A stretch of DNA of 63,286 nt from a bacterium (GTDB lineage: Bacteria > UBA9089 > JASEGY01), in NCBI GenBank assembly GCA_040753085.1, contig JBFMHI010000001.1:1-63286 (forward strand). Direction: 5' to 3'. Every line of letters starts with the position of its first letter. Position 1 is the first letter of the stretch. Made by a program: the position numbers and the translations under genes. Shown in pieces: positions 33,231 through 41,919 of the stretch. The notes under the pieces were generated by a model that did not search any database, had not been told where the DNA came from, and was given only the letters and a program-made list of their open reading frames with translations.

Positions 33231-35228
33231 GTGAGAGTAATTCATAACATACCGGCCCTAAGCGCTCATCGGCAATTAGGGCTGACAAACCGGGCCCTGG
33301 GCAAGAACTTGGAGCGACTTTCTTCAGGTTTGCGCATCAATCGGGCCAGTGATGACGCCGCTGGGTTGGCCATCGCCCAGCGGATAGACACCCAGGTTCT
33401 GGGACTTGAGCAGGGCACCAGAAACCTGTTAGATGGTATTTCAGTGGTTCAAACGGCTGAGGCCAGTATGGATGAGATCCATAAGATGCTCCAACGAATG
33501 AGGGTCCTGGCTATTGAGTCGGCTAATGGCTCTGAATCAGCGGATCAGCGAGAGATGATCCAGGCTGAGATAGACCAACTTTTGGAGTCTGTCAACCACC
33601 AGGCTGAAGCAGCTGAATTCAATTCTATGAAGTTGCTTACCGGGGATTTTTCGGCTGCTGAACCGGTTAGCTACAAGGCCAGTTGTTTCAGCACCTTTGA
33701 GGCCTCTTCCGGCTCCGGTAAAATAGACATCTATGCCAAATTTTCCACGGCCGGCTATGAGACCTATGATGCGGTCACCGGCAAGTCCACGCCGGTGACT
33801 CCTCAAGGCTCAGTTATCATCAACGGGGCCATCTTCTCCATAAGCGATTACGACTCTACCAGGGAGTTTATGGATGCCGTTAATGCATCTGAAAAGGCTG
33901 GAGTTACGATAACTTACGATAAGGATCTGGATATCTTCAAGATCTTCAGTGACAGACCTGGTGAGGCCCTCAGGTTGACTCAATCAGCCACTGATATGTC
34001 CAAGGCCTTCTTTAATGTGGCCAATATTGAAACCGGCACCTCGGCTGCTCCGGGACCGGTAGCCCAAGCTATCTCCCGAACAGAGGTGGCTGACGGTGAG
34101 CACTACACGGTTAACAAACATATCATTGACACTTCTAAGGCCTTCAGCATCGCCGGGTTTGACAATACGGTCAGCGGCTGGGTCAGGATCAATGGAGTTC
34201 AATTCAGCTTAGCTGATTATGCCACCGTCGGGCATTTTATGGAGGCGATCAACACCGATAGCCAGGCGGGAGTGACTATCTCCTATGATTCATTCCACGA
34301 TGAGTTCACCATCAAAAGTGATGTGACAGGAGAGAATTTACTCCTCTCTGCCGGCGGGGCCAGAACAGGGGAGGTTGACTTCCTGGAAGCAGTTAAGATC
34401 GACCAGAATTATTATCCTTCCCCCAGCAGCAATGCAACCGCCAGGAGTGTCTTTGAAATACTGCCTAACGGGCCGAATATGGATATCTTTAAGGAAGGGG
34501 CGGCGGCCTGGAATGACTGGGAAAACGGCGGCAATTTCAAGCAGACGGTTACTGGAACCGTAACTATTAACGACGCCACTTTCTCGGTGTCAGCCTATAA
34601 TACAGTCAACGATTTCATGAAGGCCGTCAATGCCTCAGATAAGGCCAAGGCAACTATCTTCTACGATAACCTAGAAGATAAGTTCATTATCCGAAGCGAC
34701 GTGCCTGATGGGGTCCTCTATCTGGCTGAAAGTAAGTCAACATCCGGATATGGATTTTTAACCACGGCCAACATTACCCCCGGGACGTACGGACGTCAAA
34801 CCGCCCCCAATGAAAATTGGCGTCCGGAAGGATTGCTCTTCCATGTAGGGGCCAACAAAGATCAGGTCATTGTGACTCATATAGCCACGGTCAGCTCGGC
34901 TGCCCTGGGTATAGATGTCCTGGAAAAAAATGGCGTCACTAATGCTTTTGCCGCTGAGAGCGCCATAAGACTATTAGGAGAGGCTATTGACCACGTTTCA
35001 CGCCTAAGGTCTGATCTGGGAGCTGTTCAAAACCGGATGGAGCACCAGTTAGTTTATAATGAAGTTGCCCATGAGGAACAGTCATCTGCTCTATCACGCA
35101 TCAGAGATCTGGACTTCTCCACCGAGACGATTGACTTTGTTAAGAACCAGATCCTGCTTTCCTCATCAACGGCCATGTTGGCGCAGGCCAACACCTTGCC
35201 GCAAAATGTATTAACACTGCTTGCCTAA
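33231..35228 (+). CDS. giant flagellin paralogue 2 (665 aa from GTG 33231)
   Basis: MRVIHNIPALSAHRQL...RINRASDDAAGLAIAQR. C-terminal LGAVQNRMEHQL...RIRDLDFSTE...MLAQAN. Three IN-like repeats. The start was chosen by homology to paralogue 3 (CAGGGAGGG-N8-GTG). Confidence 0.9.
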   Translation: MRVIHNIPALSAHRQLGLTNRALGKNLERLSSGLRINRASDDAAGLAIAQRIDTQVLGLEQGTRNLLDGISVVQTAEASMDEIHKMLQRMRVLAIESANGSESADQREMIQAEIDQLLESVNHQAEAAEFNSMKLLTGDFSAAEPVSYKASCFSTFEASSGSGKIDIYAKFSTAGYETYDAVTGKSTPVTPQGSVIINGAIFSISDYDSTREFMDAVNASEKAGVTITYDKDLDIFKIFSDRPGEALRLTQSATDMSKAFFNVANIETGTSAAPGPVAQAISRTEVADGEHYTVNKHIIDTSKAFSIAGFDNTVSGWVRINGVQFSLADYATVGHFMEAINTDSQAGVTISYDSFHDEFTIKSDVTGENLLLSAGGARTGEVDFLEAVKIDQNYYPSPSSNATARSVFEILPNGPNMDIFKEGAAAWNDWENGGNFKQTVTGTVTINDATFSVSAYNTVNDFMKAVNASDKAKATIFYDNLEDKFIIRSDVPDGVLYLAESKSTSGYGFLTTANITPGTYGRQTAPNENWRPEGLLFHVGANKDQVIVTHIATVSSAALGIDVLEKNGVTNAFAAESAIRLLGEAIDHVSRLRSDLGAVQNRMEHQLVYNEVAHEEQSSALSRIRDLDFSTETIDFVKNQILLSSSTAMLAQANTLPQNVLTLLA

Positions 35229-35242
35229 CCACAGGCAGTGAA

Positions 35243-35279
35243 GTTAAGGGATGAAGTGTATTATCACTCATCCCTTAAC
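35243..35279 (+). terminator. terminator-like hairpin after flagellin 2
   Basis: GTTAAGGGATGA pairs with TCATCCCTTAAC (12 bp). It is followed by A/T-rich sequence with no clean T-run. Confidence 0.4.
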
Positions 35280-35322
35280 AATTAATAATTATAGGAGGTG
35301 ATAGCCAATTTTTCTGCCCTTC

Positions 35323-35465
35323 AGCAGTGATTAGTGGGCTTTACCGATTTCGGATGGCAGATTTTTGGGCCTGGTTCATCGCCGATTTTTTAATCGGCAA
35401 TTCGCCCTAACAAATCGCCACCGAAATCCGCATCCGCCATTAGATGAGTCCAGTAATGGCTGTTG
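35323..35465 (+). promoter_or_regulatory. leader hairpin H3 (homologue of H1/H2 with the loop replaced by an AATCCGAAAT-type repeat)
   Basis: CAGCAGTGATTAGTG pairs with CAGTAATGGCTGTTG and shows partly compensatory changes relative to H1/H2. Confidence 0.35.
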
Positions 35466-35826
35466 AAGTTAGCTGTCTGGGTGGTATTCTTCCTAACCTA
35501 GACCAGAGAAAGCGCGCCTCTGGCAGGAAGGATCAAGCCGTCGAACCAGGCACGGGGCGTACGACCGGGCCTGGCATCGAAGGCTGATCAAAACCATAAT
35601 CTCTCTAGAAGATGGGGTTTTTATATATCATATTATATTTTCCCCTCATTTATCTTAGCCGGCAGGAGACATTAGACAGCTTTGGCGGCAGCCGCAAGGA
35701 GAGAACCTTGTAAAAAGGCCCGAAGATCAGGGGTTAGAAAACCGGGAGGTATTTGACCTCTGGTCTGAGGGCCCCCTTAGAACGGGAGGTCTGAGGGAAC
35801 AAATACCTTAACAGGGAGGGATTGAC

Positions 35827-38055
35827 GTGAGAGTAGTTCATAATGTTCCAGCTATTAATTCTCATCGCAATGTAATGTCAACCAATCGGGCCTTGGCCAG
35901 AAATTTAGAGAAGATGTCCAGCGGTCTTCGGATCAATCGGGCTAGCGACGATGCGGCTGGATTGGCCATTTCTCAACGAATTGATACACAGGTTCTGGGC
36001 CTGGAACAAGGCATCAGGAATACCCTGGATGGCATTAGTGTTATCCAGACGGCTGAAGCAAGCATGCACGAGATACAGGAGATGCTTCAGCGGATGAGGG
36101 TGTTGGCCATTGAATCGGCTAACGGGTCTGAATCATCTGATCAACGGGAGATGATTCAGGCAGAGGTTGACCAGTTATTAGAGTCAATTAATGCCCAGGC
36201 CGAGGCGGCTGAGTTTAACGCCATGAAGCTGCTTACCGGTGATTTCTCGGAGACAGCCCCCTGGACCTGGAAGGCATCACGGACCAGTGGAGAGCAGGTG
36301 ATCGATAGCTCAAAGACGATCGATATCTACGCCAAGTTTTCCGAGGCCGGTTTTGAGACGGCTTTGGGCACACCAATGACGCCGGGTGGGTATGTCATTG
36401 TTAATGGAGCTGTTTTCTCCGTAACCGATTATGATTCGGTTAACGATTTTATGCGGGCCATTAACGAATCTAAACAGGCCAATGCTACTATCAGCTATGA
36501 TGTATTGACCGACCGCTTTACTATCACTTCCGATACCCCGGGAGAGGTTATGCGGTTGGCTGATATGGGTTCCGGCGGCAACTATGGGTTCTTCCAGTTG
36601 GTCAACATCGATGTGGGCGTTCTTACTCCACCGCCCGGCCCAACAGCCAGGGCCATCAGCCAGTATGAGGGCGCCGATGAAAATGATTCGATACCAGTAG
36701 GAACTCAAAATACCAAGATCATTGATCTTACCAAAGATTTCACCGCCCAGAACGGTGGATTTGATCACGATGTCGATGGCAGCTTCCGAATTAATGGGGT
36801 TATCTTCTCGGTGGCTGACTATGCCTCTATCGAAGAGATGATGAATGCCATTAACACCAACAAGGAGGCCGATGTCACTATTTCCTATGACCGCACCTAT
36901 GATGAGTTCACTATTGCTTCTAATACCGAGGGCAAAGACCTCACTCTTTCAGCGGTATCGGGCATAAATAATTTCCTCTATGAAGTGGAGCTCCTGGATG
37001 ATGAGGGAAATACCCAGAATGCGGACGGTTCTTACAACGGCAGCTTTTACAACCACTCCAATGTCTTTCGTGCCCCCATACCTAACGCCCTCGCTGAAAG
37101 TATCTATGAGGTTCGCCAGGATGATGTAGAGACGGTTAACAACGTCCGGGAGGTCCTGAACAAGGACAAGGTCAACCTGAATTATGGGGCTTTCTATGAT
37201 TCGGCCGGCCGGAAGCTTGGCCGGGTGTCTCAGAATGAGGCTTCGGAGGATCCAAATTATTCAGTGGCCTGGCGAGGAGGAGTTTGGGGCTCCGGCGATG
37301 GACAGGGCAGCGCCCCAACCGGTGATTACACTAATGATGCTTACCACAACTTTGACCAGTATATCACCGGGACTATAACCATCAACGAGGCCACCTTCTC
37401 TATTGCCAAGTATGATACGGTCAACGAACTTATCAAGGAAGTCAACGCCTCTCAGGCGGCCCGGGCAACTATGGGTTACGATACCATTGCCGATAAGTTC
37501 TGGATCAGAGCCGATAATCTGGATGAGGATCTCTTCCTGGCTGAAAATCGTTCCACTTCCGGCTTCGGTTTTTTTGAGGCAGCCAACATCACGGCCGGGC
37601 CGACAGGAACCTGGTATCACGCCGATGGCTTCACCAACCCCGACTGGCGCAAAGAGGGTTTAGTCTTCCATGTAGGGGCGAATAAGGACGAAGTTGTGGT
37701 TACCCACATTGCCACTATTTCGACCCAGTCCATGAAGGTCGATGTCCTGGAAAAAAACGGGGTAACCAATACCTTTGCCGCTGAGAGTGCCATTCAGCTT
37801 CTCAGGGATGCTATTGACTGGGTCTCAATGCAGCGAGCTGATCTTGGCGCCATCCAAAATCAGATGGAGCACAGGCTGAACTACAATGAGATCGCCTATG
37901 AAAATCAAACAGCCTCTCTGTCCAGGATCAGGGATCTGGATTTTGCTGAGGAAAGTATTGCCTTTGTCAAGAATCAGATCCTGCTGAATTCCTCGACGGC
38001 TATGCTGGCCCAGGCTAATGCCCTGCCACAAAACGTGCTGACCCTGATTAGCTAA
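35827..38055 (+). CDS. giant flagellin paralogue 3 (742 aa)
   Basis: MRVVHNVPAINSHRN...RINRASDDAAGLAISQR. C-terminal LGAIQNQMEHRL...RIRDLDFAEE...MLAQAN. IN-like repeats plus an extra insert. Confidence 0.9.
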   Translation: MRVVHNVPAINSHRNVMSTNRALARNLEKMSSGLRINRASDDAAGLAISQRIDTQVLGLEQGIRNTLDGISVIQTAEASMHEIQEMLQRMRVLAIESANGSESSDQREMIQAEVDQLLESINAQAEAAEFNAMKLLTGDFSETAPWTWKASRTSGEQVIDSSKTIDIYAKFSEAGFETALGTPMTPGGYVIVNGAVFSVTDYDSVNDFMRAINESKQANATISYDVLTDRFTITSDTPGEVMRLADMGSGGNYGFFQLVNIDVGVLTPPPGPTARAISQYEGADENDSIPVGTQNTKIIDLTKDFTAQNGGFDHDVDGSFRINGVIFSVADYASIEEMMNAINTNKEADVTISYDRTYDEFTIASNTEGKDLTLSAVSGINNFLYEVELLDDEGNTQNADGSYNGSFYNHSNVFRAPIPNALAESIYEVRQDDVETVNNVREVLNKDKVNLNYGAFYDSAGRKLGRVSQNEASEDPNYSVAWRGGVWGSGDGQGSAPTGDYTNDAYHNFDQYITGTITINEATFSIAKYDTVNELIKEVNASQAARATMGYDTIADKFWIRADNLDEDLFLAENRSTSGFGFFEAANITAGPTGTWYHADGFTNPDWRKEGLVFHVGANKDEVVVTHIATISTQSMKVDVLEKNGVTNTFAAESAIQLLRDAIDWVSMQRADLGAIQNQMEHRLNYNEIAYENQTASLSRIRDLDFAEESIAFVKNQILLNSSTAMLAQANALPQNVLTLIS

Positions 38056-38081
38056 CCCAGAAAGAATAGCTGGATTAGACC

Positions 38082-38121
38082 AGGAGAGGAGACCGTTATT
38101 ACGGTCTCCTCTCTTTTTTTG
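38082..38121 (+). terminator. Rho-independent terminator of the flagellin cluster
   Basis: AGGAGAGGAGACCGT-TATT-ACGGTCTCCTCTCT followed by TTTTTTT. Confidence 0.85.
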
Positions 38122-38249
38122 GTGAAACACCAGGCCACCAGACACCAGGTGGCCAGAGGGCTCTTCATAAATGGCCGAAACGATGAACATCGCCTAAATA
38201 TGAATACTTATAAATATTAAAATAGACTAAAATTATTATTACGCAATAC

Positions 38250-38278
38250 TTGACAACTAAAGATATATATGATATACT
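38250..38278 (+). promoter_or_regulatory. sigma70-type promoter TTGACA-N17-TATACT
   Basis: TTGACA at 38250-38255 and TATACT at 38273-38278. Confidence 0.5.
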
Positions 38279-38369
38279 TTATGTTGTAGGAGTAGACTAA
38301 AAAGTAATAAAACATAACCATCAAGGATATTTAGCTGATGGCTTAATCAAAAACTCGAAGGTACCAAGG

Positions 38370-39161
38370 ATGATAAAAGCGGTAATTTTTTCTCTTGATG
38401 ATACCCTCTATCCGGAGAAAGAGTATGTGGAGAGTGGGTTTCTTGAGGTAGCCAAATATCTTGCCGGCTACTTCAATGAGTTGAATGAGGTCGAAGTTTA
38501 TTGCCACCTGATTACTATCTTTCAGACGGGTGTAAGGGGGAATAATATTTTTAATCTTGTTTTGGATGTGCTTAATGTCCCTCAAAATAACGGCCTTATT
38601 CAGGAGTTGGTCCAGGTTTATCAAGAACACCTCCCCCGCATAAATCCTTATCCTGATTGTCTGCCCAACTTGATTAAATTAAAGAAAAAAGGATACTTGT
38701 TAGGGATTATAACCGATGGTTGGGCTGAGGCTCAGAGGAAAAAGATAGATGCTTTAGGCATTGTTGATTACTTTAATTCCATCATCTACACTGATGACTA
38801 CGGAGGCGAAGACCGTAGACCGGCTCAATATCCCTACCAATTATCCCTGTCAGAGCTAAAAATTTTTTCTGACCAGGCCCTCTATGTGGTGGGAGATAAG
38901 CCCAGTAAAAATTTCGTAGGTGCCAGAGCTTTGGGACTTTATACGATCCTGATTAGCCGGCGGGGTGAAAAACACAGGGGGGTCCGGATGGAGACCTTCT
39001 GCTCCGAGGCTGATGCAGTGACCTATAGTTTATCCGGCCTCTGGAAGATCATTAGGTGGCTTCAAAGCTGGCATAACCTTTGCACTACAGGCCGACTGGT
39101 CCAGACTCCCAGGCTGCCAGAGTACCGGTTTAAAGTGGGAAAGCATAAGATTCAACTTTAA
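38370..39161 (+). CDS. HAD-superfamily hydrolase
   Basis: IFSLDDTLY (DxD motif I), GIITDG and VGDKPSKNF motifs. Confidence 0.7.
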   Translation: MIKAVIFSLDDTLYPEKEYVESGFLEVAKYLAGYFNELNEVEVYCHLITIFQTGVRGNNIFNLVLDVLNVPQNNGLIQELVQVYQEHLPRINPYPDCLPNLIKLKKKGYLLGIITDGWAEAQRKKIDALGIVDYFNSIIYTDDYGGEDRRPAQYPYQLSLSELKIFSDQALYVVGDKPSKNFVGARALGLYTILISRRGEKHRGVRMETFCSEADAVTYSLSGLWKIIRWLQSWHNLCTTGRLVQTPRLPEYRFKVGKHKIQL

Positions 39162-39222
39162 GCGATCTTTGGCCTCTGTTTTTTGTCTCAGTATTGGGAT
39201 TAGCTAATTAACACCGGAAGAT

Positions 39223-40092
39223 TTACCAACGACTCACTATCACCTGGGTTTGACCAAGGGGGAGAGTATTTTTGTCAAATCCTGAGACAGGCTTTGAGAA
39301 GGGATTATAAAGGGCTAAGGTATCCCGGTAAAAAGTTAACCAGGTGGTACCCTCTGTCCGGGCGAAAAAGGTAATTTTAGCCAAGCCCCAGGAGCCGTCT
39401 TTGGATATTTTTTCACCATTATGGGGTTGGGCTATTCCACCTGCCACTATGACCATTCCCGGCTGCTCGAAATTTTTAAGGGGAAGAATGGGCTGTGTGT
39501 CCCAGAAATCACCCCATGCCACACCGGTTACCTCTATTACAGGTTCAAAATAAAGCCGGAAGGAAATAGCGGCTAAATCTTCCACCTCGTCTACTCTAAC
39601 CTCTAAATCAAAATTCTCTCCTACCTTTACCTGTTTTAAGCCCGGCTCCAATCTCAAACTCAGGCCGGCCGGCTTTCCCACCGTAACAGTTACCACCGAA
39701 CTTACCTTATCTTGACCGTCACTTACTGTCACCGCTATCTGATAAGAACCAAAATCAAAAGAGGGGGCTTGCCAGGAAATAGATACTCCGGCGCCCGGAA
39801 GTATTTCACCGTTTACCGTCCACGAGTAGCTGAGTTCATCTCCGTCTTCATCAACTGCTTTTACCGTAATAATAGTGGTGCCTCCCAGGTCAATCTCGGG
39901 CGGATTAGCCGTTAACTCCTGAATATTCGGCGGATTATTTGTCGCTACCGGGCTTGAGCCTTTATCTTTTGAACAACCACTGATAAGACCATTAAGCCCC
40001 AGGAGAAGGAGTATTATTACCGTAACGGACCAGATAACTTTGAGTTTCGGGTTCGGGGCCCCCGCTTGCGGGTCGTTGAGCTTCGAGTTCAT
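39223..40092 (-). CDS. lipoprotein with an Ig-like (PKD-like) domain and a cohesin-like domain
   Basis: Lipobox LISGC. NNPPNIQELTANP...AVDEDGDELSYSW...YQIAVTVSDGQ. Then LRLEPGLKQVKVGENFDLEVRVDEVEDLAAISFRLYF. Confidence 0.6.
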   Translation of the reverse strand: MNSKLNDPQAGAPNPKLKVIWSVTVIILLLLGLNGLISGCSKDKGSSPVATNNPPNIQELTANPPEIDLGGTTIITVKAVDEDGDELSYSWTVNGEILPGAGVSISWQAPSFDFGSYQIAVTVSDGQDKVSSVVTVTVGKPAGLSLRLEPGLKQVKVGENFDLEVRVDEVEDLAAISFRLYFEPVIEVTGVAWGDFWDTQPILPLKNFEQPGMVIVAGGIAQPHNGEKISKDGSWGLAKITFFARTEGTTWLTFYRDTLALYNPFSKPVSGFDKNTLPLGQTQVIVSRW

Positions 40093-40242
40093 TTATATTT
40101 CGTTTCCTTTACCCTTCTGAAGTTTCGTCATTTATGCTGCTCTTGCGAGCGCTTGGATGAGAAATCCAAGAGGATTATCTACCTTACCAAGGTATCAAGT
40201 TTACATAAGATATATTATCGGAACCAAAGGGTCGGCCCTTAT

Positions 40243-40506
40243 ACTCGATACTCGATGCTGGATGCTCTCGATGCTGGATACGGGGAGTCTTTGCCTGCCT
40301 CGAGTATCCAGCATCCAGCCTCGAGCATCGAGTATCCAGCTTTATTGAGATTAGCACCCTGATTTATCAGGGTGATGCGAACCAGACAACATAGCAAGCC
40401 GTAACCGCTTCAGCGGTTTTAAATGAAAGATTCTAACCGGACAGGTCGATAAATTTGAGGCGATTGCCCTGACCCAGCATCGAGCATCGAGCATCGAGCA
40501 TCGAGC
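40243..40506. repeat. composite: CTCGATG arrays flanking element X (empty site, inverted copy)
   Basis: Arrays at 40243-40340 and 40473-40506. X lies at 40341-40478 and lacks the nested MITE. Confidence 0.8.
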
Positions 40507-40511
40507 AATCA

Positions 40512-41165
40512 TCATATCTTTAGTCTTTGCTTAAATTTGTCTACTATACCTTCAGGTAATACTTTAAGCCTCGACTGGCTGCTTCGGGCCGTAATGGTTA
40601 ATCGAGCCAGAAATTCCAATGTCTCTATCTTGTTAACCACCTCTTCTGCCGAAATACCCACGCCAAGCACACCATGATTCTCCAGGAGGAGGACATCGGC
40701 TTCAATGCTTCGCCTGGCTACTTCTTTGGCTAAGGCGATGCTTCCCGGATGTTGGTAAGGCACCCTCTCTATTTTCTTGATGTAAGCAATAGATTCGGGA
40801 AGGATCGCTCTCTCCAACTCTATCTCAGAACTGCAGGCGACTAATGTGCTAAAAAGTGGCTGAGTATGCAAAATAGCCGACACATCCTCTCTGATCCAAT
40901 ATATCTCCCGATGCATCCTGAATTCCATCGAAGGCCTTATCTCTCCGCACGCCTCCCCTTCCTTCCCGGGGTCAAGACTGCATTCGACTATGTCTAAATC
41001 ACTCAACTCCCTCAAACTCGAACCAGCAGCCGTAATGATAAAGTGATTTCTATCCAATCTAAGGCTCATATTCCCACTTCTTCCCCAGACCAGTCCAAGC
41101 TGATAAGCCAGTTGAGCGTATGTTACTAATTTAGCCTTCACATCTACTTTATTTAATTCAGACAT
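40512..41165 (-). CDS. class II aldolase/adducin-family protein
   Basis: GNMSLRL, ILHTQP and LLENHGVLGVG blocks. Confidence 0.7.
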   Translation of the reverse strand: MSELNKVDVKAKLVTYAQLAYQLGLVWGRSGNMSLRLDRNHFIITAAGSSLRELSDLDIVECSLDPGKEGEACGEIRPSMEFRMHREIYWIREDVSAILHTQPLFSTLVACSSEIELERAILPESIAYIKKIERVPYQHPGSIALAKEVARRSIEADVLLLENHGVLGVGISAEEVVNKIETLEFLARLTITARSSQSRLKVLPEGIVDKFKQRLKI

Positions 41166-41780
41166 TTATTACTCGCTGTAGTTTCGCCATTTTTTAAGTT
41201 TTATTAAAACCTAAGTTTTGCACGAAATCGAATCTATCGTCTTTCTTTTTTTATAAGCCCCAGAAACTTCTCAATATCTTTCCCACTTCGTAAAAGTCGT
41301 TTGGTGTCTCGTTTGAAATGCCTAACATATCTTAGCCAATTCTCCCCAGGAACTCATTGTTATAGTCCCAGGGATCAAAAAGGCAACCTGTTTTATGGTC
41401 TTTGATATACTGCATGATTCCTCCTCAACCTCTTAAGTTATGATAGATTATCATAAATCTTTTTGTCGCTGAAGTCAAGAAGAAAATTGCATTATCATAT
41501 ATTTTTTTAAGGGGTTAATGAGTTCTTAGAGTTTTTGCCTAACCATCAAACAAGCATCCTCTAAAAAGGCTTATTATTTCTACTCATAACCTAATTTCCA
41601 ATCCTTACGTCTGAATCACAGATCCCCAATATCTTCCTTTGTCTCGAAAACTCTCAAGGGGGATATTCCGCCCTTTTTTCTCTTCAGAATATATTTCTCC
41701 TCCCTTCCCCTCTTTTCTCTGCCTGAGGATTCTCCTGGTAGATTTTCATTCTTCACACCTGGTTTTTTCCGATATTCCGA

Positions 41781-41809
41781 TTGACAAAAGAAGGATATTG
41801 CTTTATAAT
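41781..41809 (+). promoter_or_regulatory. sigma70 consensus promoter TTGACA-N17-TATAAT
   Basis: TTGACA at 41781-41786 and TATAAT at 41804-41809, 110 nt upstream of the carboxyltransferase gene. Confidence 0.55.
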
Positions 41810-41919
41810 GTAGCAACTTTATATCAAGAGCCAAGAGCCAATCAGGTGTTTAGGCTGAAGGCTGAAGTTCAATAGCCTTCAGCCTTCAGCCTATCCACCT
41901 GCGTAGTTACTGAGAGAAT

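Noticed and set aside
41332-41415. A 27-aa minus-strand ORF (MQYIKDHKTGCLFDPWDYNNEFLGRIG) with a strong GAGGAGGA SD. It vaguely resembles the N-terminus of some DDE transposases.
   Set aside because: It is too short, and I cannot support the similarity without a search. It could be a decayed transposase 5' end, but this is not claimable.
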